DNA of 64,000 nucleotides from Geosiphon pyriformis uo1 (Eukaryota > Fungi > Glomeromycota): positions 838,719 through 902,718 of the forward strand of contig JAAOMT010000439.1 of the NCBI GenBank assembly GCA_016748015.1, in the 5' to 3' direction. Below, one piece after another: positions 53,902-64,000 of the stretch (positions are counted from its first letter, which is position 1; each line of letters starts with the position of its first letter). Both the position numbers and the translations under genes were made by a program. Under the pieces are notes generated by a model, which worked only from the letters and a program-made list of their open reading frames with translations, was not told the DNA's origin and made no database searches.

Positions 53902-54548
53902 GTGATAGCCAAAATCAGCCAAAAAAATCAGGATAAATGAAATTTATTTATACTATCAGTATTATTTGCTTATTAGACAATGAAGCAAGATACTATACAA
54001 GCAACACTATTTGAATTAGTATATAGTAGAACAGCAACATTACCAGTTGAAATAGAAGTCAATACATATCTAATAAAACCAATAACAGAAGACAATTTTT
54101 AAAAAACATTGCTAAAAAGAACATATGACTTAATGGAAATGCTAGAAAACAAATGGCAAAGAGCAGCTGATAACATCCAAAAGTCACAAAAAAAACAAAA
54201 AAAAAGACACAATAACCAACTACCAGATAAATTAGTCAAATTCAGGATTGAAAACAAAGTATTGTTATATTGTACCAAAACAGAAAAACAGTAAAATAGA
54301 AAGTTTGATCCAAAATGGAACAGACTATTTCACATATACAAAATTTTAAGAAACAGATCTTACAAGTTACAATTGGAAAACAGAATTTTGAAAAAAACAG
54401 CACATAGAAATCATTTAAAAATTTATCAAACAACACAAGAATTGACATTAGAGAAACCATAACTAGGAGCACAAATTTTATTAATCAAACCAAAAGATAT
54501 ACCATAAGATATAGAACCAATTATAATTATCAAAACATAGCTATACAT

Positions 54549-55391
54549 ATGCCAAAATCTAGATATTATATGCATATAAGCCTTGAAACCACAAAGAAAA
54601 AAACAATAGAAATTTTGAACATAAACCTTTCAGACAAAATTTTAAAATTATCTAAACAATTATTTAATGAAATTCAAAAATTTACATCTCAAATAAAGAT
54701 TATAATCAATAAAAAAGAGATAAAATATAGAAATAAGGAGAAGAAAAAGATGGGCGAGAGTTTAATTAGAACTAATTGTTCTCATTCTTACATTCCACCC
54801 AGAAAAAAAATTTTACAAAAAGAAATTAAATATACTTTTCAAGCAAGACATAAAGAAAAAAAAGGAGAAAAAGAAAAAGGAATAGAAAAATTAGATAGAA
54901 GACAAAAACAATTATATACAACATACTTGGCCTTCGAGCTAAAAAAAATTAAAAAATCTTTAGTTTATGAGACCAAACTTTCCAAAACAGGAAAGTGAAC
55001 ACCAGACAATGCCTAAAAATAGAAAAAAAAACTCTCTTTAACATATTAGTTTTACAAAATTGGAAAACAACTAGACTTAAAAAATCCATACAGAGACTAC
55101 AACCAAAAAACTTTCAACAAAGAAGCAATGCAACAAGTAAAAAAATTCATAGGAAGGAACAAGCTAACACTATACTACAAAGCAGCATGTTGATTATATG
55201 TTACTTTTCAATATTGTTCAAATATACTATTAGATGAATCTTTAAAAAAGATAACAGTCAACAACATAGGACAAATAATCAATCAACAGTTTAAAGATTT
55301 ACAAAAAGCCATAGTTAACATAACCATCAAACATTACATGAACAAAGTTCTATTAACAGACATAATTGATTTTACAAAAGCTCAATATTAA
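54549..55391 (+). pseudogene. Extra ORF downstream of integrase (~280 aa, unknown function, frameshifted)
   Basis: ORFs 54549-54998, 54995-55237 and terminal frame ...QIINQQFKDLQ...DFTKAQY*; homologous relics at ~35260-35954 and 38193-39028. Confidence 0.7.
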
Positions 55392-55479
55392 AAAAAAAGG
55401 AAATAATATTACTTGAAGAAAAAAAGCTTATCAAAGAAAAAAGAAAAAATGTAACCTAAAGAAAAATGTGACAAAACAT

Positions 55480-55620
55480 AAAAGAATACAGAATAATATG
55501 CAATAATGTTGGATAACACATTATAACATAAAATAACATATTATAACACAGGATAATACAGAATAATGTATAATAATATTAGATAATGTGTTATAATATA
55601 GGATAAATAGTTATAATGTA
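55480..55620 (+). repeat. 10-bp tandem repeat (approx. ggataacaca) x~13 in LTR U3
   Basis: Direct reading, strict 10-nt period of ataa. Confidence 0.8.
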
Positions 55621-56154
55621 AGAAAACAAAACAATAGCTAGTAAGAACAGATGATCCAAAGCAATTCTGTAAAACTAGAAAATATGTATATATAACAGTA
55701 GCATTAGAAGCAGAAAAGACAGAATCTCTAGACAGAAATTCATTAGTTATCATTTTCTAATCAGAAATCATATTATTCTAAATATCAATAAATATACTTA
55801 TTTAGCATCTCAAATTCAATTGCTTACTATCAACTCTCAATGTTGATAGTAATTTATACTTGACCACACTGGAACAATAGCTCTTAATCATGGCTATTAA
55901 CAGAATACTAACTTGTAATTGCCTTGGCTTATTTTTTTTATTTTTTTTTTATTTTTTTTATTTTATTTTTTTTATTTTGTTGTGTTTATTAATTGATTAA
56001 GAATTAAGCACTGAGTTATTGACATCAAAAATTGTCTGGAAAAAACTCTTGTAAGTGGGTAAAACACATAAAAATTACGAATTGCTTACTAAAGAATTGC
56101 TGGCCACTAAACTGAAAAAAAAATTGACAGAATTGCAATTCTGGGAAGCTATAG

Positions 56155-57135
56155 TGTTACCAGTAGAATTTTAGCTATTAATTAACATGAAATTACTCTC
56201 GTAATTCCTATTATTAATTAGCATATACAATTATTATTTCAATTATTACTTATTATTTAATCAAATTAGCAATTATCATTATTTAATTAATAACCTGATT
56301 TGCACCATAAAAATTAAGATGATCAAATTACACAATACTTTAAACTATTTAACATAGTCAAAATTCGCCGAAATTAATGAAAATTGGCCAAAATAATCAA
56401 TAGTTTAGTAAAATAACTTGTAATTTGCCGAAATGTAGCTTTAATTCACCAAAATTAAAGCAAAGAAAAAAGTGCAAGTTCAAAGACTAGTACTACAATA
56501 AGTTGTATAAAAGAAGAGCTTTTCTCTTTAAGAAAATGTATCTTTCTCATATCTTATCATAATATCTTACTCTAGATATCTTAATTAGAACAAATCATCT
56601 TTTACAAAATCAAATAAAAATTAAAATATTCAAAAAAAAAACCAAATTCTTAAATTATTATACTTGAAATTCTCTCAAACACAACTAATATTTTGAAATT
56701 GATTAGCTACTAATTTCAATAAACTTTTAGTGACTCCAGGCTTGGATAAAAAACGTTTCCCTTGACAAAATTTTATTTTTTTTACATTTCTTTTATTTTC
56801 CCTTTTCTTTTCTTTTCTTATTATAATTATTAAGATAGCCTACAGATGAGATTTCTGTAAAAGAGTTGACTTTCACAGCAAAGTAACTATACATTATAGT
56901 AAGCTTTCAAACAAGCAATTCCTGGGAAAGAATTGACATTTATTACAATATAACTATATAAAGTAACTGGCACAAAATTGGCCATTCCACTTATAAGCCC
57001 AGCAGTTCAAATTATAGGAGATGATTTGAAGATAAATTCAGTTATTAAAGGTTCAATTACTTCTAGAAAACGTGAATTTACAACAAACAGACATTAACAA
57101 CATTCAAAAAAAGAGACCAAAAACTTCTGGTAATA
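56155..57135 (+). repeat. 5' LTR, family A
   Basis: TGTTACC...GGTAATA; homologous to both solo LTRs; TATA-like gtataaaagaag ~56505. Confidence 0.93.
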
Positions 57136-57137
57136 TT

Positions 57138-57147
57138 TGGTGCTCTT
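57138..57147 (+). promoter_or_regulatory. Primer binding site (tRNA 3' CCA complement)
   Basis: TGGTGCTC 2 nt after the LTR end; same TTTGGTG after the LTR at 10296; tRNA identity not determined. Confidence 0.75.
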
Positions 57148-60100
57148 TTATAAAAATAATACAGCAATAACAACTTCAAAGTAGCAACCACACCAGACAC
57201 AACAACTTTAGAGTATTATCAGTCAATTTACACCTATTGCAGGCAGAGATTTGACATTCCAGACGGAATTAAAATTGTTAAAAGAACATTTTACCTGTAT
57301 ATTAAAAACTGCATCAACAATTATCTTCTTGAAAATTACAATATTTCAGAAATTAGAAGCAACCTCTACAATAATTTAGTGCACTATTCACGATTAGAAA
57401 CTGAAAACCTTAACAGTGAAACACTTGTCACATACTTTAAAGAACTTAATTTTAATATTATCTAGTATTGTGGAAAAAACTATTCAGTACAGTCTAAATA
57501 CTCTATTAACTTTGAATCAGAAACAAAAACAAGCAACTAAGACAAACAAAAACTAAAACAACACTTAAGTATTACCCCAAACACTCCAAAGACATCAAAA
57601 ATAATTGCCAAACACTTGCAAGCTCCAGAACAAGGAACCAGTACCAAATTTTCACTCTTAGTCACATCATTTCTAATTTTACTTGCTTAACCACAGACAC
57701 CAAATTCATCTCTTATTCTATTCTCAAAACCAGAAGATTTTACTTTATCAAAAAGTCCTACTCAACAGCAGAAACCAATATCAACCAGCACCAACTTTTT
57801 TGATTACTTACAGAAAAATGAAAGTAATTATTCAAAAAGCTCAGAAAGTAAAGAAACTGAATCAGACCAAAAAGAAACTACAGAAAACAAAAAAAAAATG
57901 GCAACTGTTTATATTGCAAAGATTCCAGAATTTACTGGTAAAGATAATAATACCAGCCTTCAAGAATGGCTTGACAAAATCCAGAAAGCAGGAGATGCAA
58001 ATAGATGAAATGCAGCAAGAATGCTCAAAGCAATCTCATACTTTCTTCAAAAAACAGCAGGAAAATGATTTGAAAACTTAGATGCACTCTTTGAAAACTA
58101 GCAAGCATTCAAAGATGCTTTCTTATAACAATTCACTGACAACAACACATCCATTATCCTCCAAAATTGTGTCCAAAATATCAAACAAGAACCAAGTGAA
58201 TCAGTCATGACCTATTTAGAAAAGTTCAATAAACTTCTCAGAAGAATTTGCCAATTGGAAACCAATGATTAATATTCTGATGCTTAAATTTTGGGATCAA
58301 TTTATTGCTGGATTAAAAGATAAACTCATAAAAAATGTGCATTCACATTTACCTGAAGATTTGGCCACTGCTATTCAACATGCAAAGAATTACAAAATGG
58401 CTATGAAAGAAACCAATCACACAAAACTTGTAAATCTTGTTATTGAAAAATCCAGTCCAGCAGCTGAAAAAAAAATTGACCAATTCACAAAAAAGATTGA
58501 AAACTATTTTACCAACCAACAATAACAACAACAAACACAAAGATATCAGCCACCACAATGACAAAACCAAAGCAACTACTCATTACTATCTAACAACCAA
58601 CCTCAAAATTGTTATTATTGTAGAATATCAGACACCACTCACTTAATAATATTAAGTACCAGCCAGAAAATTGGTTTAACAAAACCAATTCACACCACAA
58701 AACTATTTTTTAACAAACAACAACAAATTTAACACCAATAATTAACTAGTTCTCTAAAACTCTGTTTAACAAAGACTCATTCAGTTTCACACTCAACTTA
58801 GTTATTTAATAATACAAGAAGAATCAAAGTTTCAACAAACTGCACTTTTTGAAGTTAAAGCTGCAGTACCAAGATTAAACTCTTTCAACAATATCATTCT
58901 ACCAGCTTAAATTGCCCAAAATGCCAACCTATCAGACATATTACCATTCGAATTTAAAGTAAACAAATCACTATTTTTGCTCAGTAATGTAGTAGTTAAT
59001 AAACAAAAAGCAATTACTGTCATGTATACTAAAGCTAAAATTGAAAAAAAACCCATTTGCTTAATTCTAAATAGTGGATTTGCTGGAAGTATTATCACTT
59101 ACCAGTTGATACAGCAACTCAAACAAAACATAGACTGACCAGCTCAAACAGTTATTGTCACAGCTGATGGTATGAAAAAGATTTCAGTAGAAGAAATTAA
59201 CAATTTCTCTTTTACAATTGATGGAATTACTATTTTAATCAAAGTTCTTGTTATGGATGCACCTCAATACTAAGCTTTTGTCAGAAATAATTGGCTTCTC
59301 AAGACCAATGCAAATTTAGATTGGGAAACTCAAAAATTAAAAATTTTATACCAAAAACAATATATTATAGTATCTGTCATTTGTAGTACTTTTAACAAAT
59401 AATCAGAAAAAGCCCCAGTATTTGAATTTAAGGAAAAAAAAAAATGGCACTTACTAAAATCTACATGGCTTTTGGATCAATATTCAATTAGACTAAGGAA
59501 ACAGAACAAAAAATTTTTGAAGAAACAAGAAGATGGAAGAAGATTTGGTATTTTACACTAGAACCACAAAAAGAATTACTATATATCTTACTAAAATGCA
59601 AAGATTGCAAGAAGAAACTTTTATCTATGGAAGCCTATATTTCTTCAAAAGAGAAATATGAAACTCACATCTGCTACTTCTGCAAAGCATACTATAGAGA
59701 ATAATTTGAATCTCCAAAAAAAAGTGAAAAATAGAACAATATATCTTGTCTTATATGTGGAAATATACTACCAGAAAAATGCAATTGGATTGATGTTGCA
59801 AGGAGAGGAAGAGTATGCAATCAAATCTGCCAATATGCTCTATCAATTTTAAAAAAAATCAAAAAAGAAACACCCTTTAATGCAGCATATAACAGTGTTT
59901 TTAATAAACTCTACTACTATTCTCATAATACTAAGATAATTTTTAATCTAATGATGGCTTTAATCAATAGAGCCACACAAGAAGATATTTGCCAAATAAA
60001 AAAAGCTGAATATATTGAGTACACTATAGAATTAGCTGGATTTGATTATGAAGATAAAGTAGAAACTTACTACCAAATTACAAGCCATATATACTCAACC

Positions 60101-60319
60101 AAAGAAGCTCAAATTCAACAATTAGAGCAAATGAACATTCAATTATGCAAAGAATGTGTTATGCCTTGTAATAACCAATGGTGTTTAGAATACTATGCTC
60201 TTAATATTCTCTTGTCAGATGAGAATAATAAAAATAAAATCGAATTTAGAGTATCTGAACTGATAGAAAAACTACTAATCACTCCCATCTATTTTCTTGA
60301 AAATCAACTATCTCTACAA

Positions 60320-60745
60320 CTTAAATATTTTGATAACCATGGCCAAAGAATCAGACCAGAAAAAACACATGAGATTGATGCTAAATATGATCTAAGATAT
60401 CCAGGAAAAGATACTTTGGTTTTTCAACCAAAGTTCTTAACAAAAATCAACCTTAAAATTGCTTTTGAAATTCTACCTGGAGCAATAGTTCAAATTGCAT
60501 TCAAATTATTATTGGCAAGCAAAGGAATTAATATTAAAGGAAGAATTATAGATGCAGGATACATGGGAGACATCACTATCATGCTACAAAATGAAACTGA
60601 AAAATCATTTAAGATTAAACATATAGAAGAAATTGCTTAAGTAATTTACTTACTCTTAATCAACATCTTGAATTTACAATTAGTAAACAATAGAGAACAA
60701 TTAGGAAAAAATGAAAGAAAAACTCAAGATTTTGGTTCAACTGGA
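60320..60745 (+). pseudogene. dut: Trimeric dUTPase domain within the Gypsy polyprotein
   Basis: Five motifs in order: DAKYDL; eroded motif 2 KLLLA; IIDAGYMGDI; IA* (CAA>TAA); ERKTQDFGSTG. Confidence 0.9.
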
Positions 60746-63700
60746 TGATTCACAGTTCCAGTAAACATAGCTCTCAATGCATAAAGTAAATCTCACCAGA
60801 TTTTTTAACTTCTCCAACCAATTACTATGTCATTTTTTGGAGAATATTACGAAATCTACACTTGCTCAAAACCTACTACTACCTAACAAATCTTTGAATT
60901 CAATGAACAAATCTGTTTACAACATAAAATCTCAATCCCAAATGTCTACATACCAAAAAGAATGAAGAAATTTCAAGTTACTTTCTACAACTTCAACAAC
61001 TATCCCATTGTTTTATTAAATAAATTAGAAATTGAAATCATACATAGCAATATTTTTCAAGATAAAACCCCTTAAATTGTCTCTAATTTCATTGAAATTG
61101 TGAAACATACTCTATTATCAAATCCAAACATCACTTTGACTACTGAAAACTACTATGTTCTAGAAGAAAAACTAGCTCAAATCAATATGAGTTCCTTAGA
61201 ATTCCAACAACAAAGACAATTGAAACAATTGATAGCTGAATTTGCTAATATATTTGCAAAAGACAACAATAATCTGAGAAAAACTAATATTGTCCAACAC
61301 CAAATCTGCACAAAAGATGCCCTACCAAAACAATAACAAGCTTATTGAGTACCACTTGCCAGCCACCAATTCATCAGAGAAGAGGTCAAAAAAATGCTCA
61401 ATAACGGATTAATTTAATTATCAAGAAGTCTATAGGTCTCATTAGTAGTTTTAGTTAAAAAGAAAAATAGAAAAATCAGATTTTGTGTTAATTATTGACA
61501 ACTAAATAGTATTACAATTGGAAATGCCTATCCTTTTCCAAGAATTGATAACATGTTAGATGCTTTAGAAAAAGCCAAGTTCTTTTCAACTTTAGACTTA
61601 GAAAGTGAATACTGACAAGTCGAAATGGATCCAAAACAGTCTTTATTACTCAAAGAGGAAACTATAAATTCAATATTATGCCTTTTGGACTCTGTAATGT
61701 ACCAGCAACATTCTAGCAACTCATGGATGTTGTATATGAAGAACTTTTATGGCAATCAGTAGTTGTCTATTTTGATAATACTGATGTGTACTCACTAAGC
61801 TTTGAAGCTTATCTTATCTATCTGCAAGAAGTTTTTTAATGATTACAAAAAGCAGGATTGAAGTTGAACATTAAGAAATATTACTTTGGAAAAACAAGCT
61901 TAATCTTTTTTAGACACATTGTTAGCAAAGATGGAGTCAAACCAAACCCTAAAACAATCAGTGCTGTCAAAAACTTTCAAACTTCCAAAAATACCACAAA
62001 GCTATGAGAATTTGTAGAATTAGCCTCTTACTATTAGAAGTTTATCAAAGGATTTTCAGAAATTGCCAAACCATTCAATTATCTTACCAATAAAAACGTG
62101 CTATATAAATGAACTAAAGAACAACAAAAGCTTTTGAAACTCTTAAAACAAAATTAACAACAGCCCCAGTTCTTGCTTACCCAAACTTCAACAAACAGTT
62201 CCAACTAGTTACTGATGTTTTACACATAGTATTTGGTGCCATTCTATCACAATTGAATGAAAATAGCCAAGAACAAATCATTGTCTATGCTAGTAAAACA
62301 CTCAAACCAACAGAATTCAAATATGGCTCAACTGAATTAAAAGCTGCTGCAGTTATTTGGGCTCTTAAACACTTTTAACAATATCTGAAGAATGAAAAAA
62401 AATTTGACATCATAACTAATAATATTGGCCTTAAATGATTCAATAAAAAGAAAATTGAACAAAGTGCCAAACAGTTTCAATGAAATAATTTTCTAACAGA
62501 CTACAAATATATTGTACATTACAAACCAGAAAAGCTATACACCAATGTTGATAGCCTTTTAAGAATGAAACAAGATTAATACCAAATAGCAATCTCATCA
62601 CAACTTACCAACTTATCAACAAAAATAATCAAACAACAATGGATCTCAGAAATTACAACAACCTTAAAAACTATTTAGAGACTTTTACCATGTTAGAAAA
62701 TTGGTCTCCAAGTGAAAAACATCATTTATAACACCAATTAAAACAATATTTTATACACTACAACAAAATTTATTATAAAAATCATAGAAATCCAAACCAA
62801 TTATTTAGATTAGTACAAAAAAATAAAAAAGAAACAATTCTATATAATATATATACAGATTTTTCTTCAGTATACTTGAAAAGAAATGGAACAATTCAAA
62901 GAACTCTTGAACATTATTTTTGGTCTTATATGTAAAATGACATTCAACAATATGTAGAATCTTGTAATAGTTGTTAAAAAAAAGAAAGAACTTGCCTTAC
63001 AGAATTCTTAAATCCAATCAAAGTTGGACAACCTTTTGACAGAGTTGGAATTAATTTAGTTAGATCATTACCTATCACAATACAAGGAAATCGTTATATT
63101 GCAGTTGTAGTAAATTATATTACCAAATGGTCTGAAGCTAAAGCCATCCAAAGAGCAGATGCAAAATCAATAGCAAATTTCATCTATAAAGACATTATTT
63201 GTAGACATGAATGTCTAATTGAACTTTTATCTGATCAAGAAACATATTTTGTGAACAATCTAATACAAGAAATTTGTGAACAATTCAATATTAAAAGACC
63301 TCTATCATTATCTTATCACTCCTAAACAAATGAATTTGTAGAACATTTCAACAAAACATTGTGTGAATCTTTAGCCAAAATCTCAACTGACTTTGAGCAG
63401 AAATGGAATATCTTTATTCTATTAGTGTTACTAGCATATAGAACACTAAAACAAAATATTATGAAACATACACTATTTGATCTTACTTATGAAAAAACAA
63501 CAATATTACCAATTAATTTTACAGTGGAAACATATTCAGTACAACCAATTAATAAAAAAAACTTTCAAGAAACACTCCAAAAAAGAGCTTATACTCTTCT
63601 TAGTATACTGAAAATAAAAAGACAGATAACAGCAACTCATATTGAATACTTTCAAGCTCAATAAAAGGAAAGACATGACAACAAATTACCACCAGTTACC

Positions 63701-64000
63701 AACGAATTTAAGGTTGAAAATAAAGTTTTTTTACACAGAACTAAGGCTGAAAAACAATGGAGTGAAAAATTTGAAAACAAATAGGATGGACTATTCTATA
63801 TTTACGAAATTTTAGGCAATAGATCATATAAGTTAAGACTTGATAACAAAGTACTAGTAAAAGTTGCACATGGAAATCAATTGAAACACTATCATTTCAG
63901 AAACAATCCTAAATCATTAATTTCACAAATTGGTATACATTTTTCTTTAGTTAATCCTGAAGATATTCTCCAAAATTTAGAAACAATAATTATAATAAAA

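Larger units (their letters stand above)
52385..56154 (+). mobile_element. Gypsy 3' fragment: integrase (52385-54540, split by a solo LTR), extra ORF (54549-55391), PPT, partial 3' LTR-B (from 55407)
   Basis: TAGHF..YY..NCDAY; IGIDLVRPL; DYLTKWPEA; LLSDQGTHF; PQTNRLVKRFN; ...DFTKAQY*. Confidence 0.88.
56155..64000 (+). mobile_element. Ty3/Gypsy family A element, degraded, runs off the window: 5' LTR, PBS, gag, protease, Cys-rich insert, dUTPase, RT, RNase H, integrase
   Basis: gag YIAKIPEFTG..QEWLDK ~57900; protease ICLILNSGFAGSII ~59055; RT RFCVNY..YPFPRIDNMLD..MPFGLCN..VYFDN 61480-61780; RNase H LVTDV..IVYASKTL ~62205-62570; integrase VGINLV..YITKWSEA..LLSDQ 62640-64000. Order PR-RT-RH-IN. 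Confidence 0.95.

Noticed and set aside
57140-64000. Alternative genetic code or stop readthrough explaining in-frame TAA/TAG/TGA
   Set aside because: Stops replace Gln, Arg and Trp alike, accompany many missense transitions, and are absent from host genes; mutation explains them

Overview
Eukaryotic, very AT-rich fungal DNA. The short GT-AG introns, giant Sel1-repeat gene and TE families point to Glomeromycotina; Geosiphon-like is my recollection of similar proteins, not a verified assignment. The first ~6.5 kb holds two host genes. One is a 5'-truncated ORF of >1500 aa with ~41 Sel1 repeats of 36 aa. The other is a 4-exon LaeA-like SAM methyltransferase on the minus strand. From ~9.4 kb to the end is a nest of retrotransposons of very different ages. 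Non-LTR elements (ORF1 + APE-RT-RNaseH): one nearly intact copy and five relics. Ty3/Gypsy-type elements: several internal regions, two solo LTRs with 4-bp TSDs, and other LTR pieces. All TE copies are eroded almost exclusively by C>T/G>A transitions, including non-CpG sites (RIP-like). The most novel-looking item is the Gypsy architecture pieced together from several copies: a Gag frame that opens inside the LTR, protease, a ~300-aa Cys-rich insert, dUTPase, RT, RNase H, a possibly separately initiated integrase, and an extra ~280-aa ORF in the env position ending in AQY* right at the polypurine tract. Boundaries of degraded relics are approximate.
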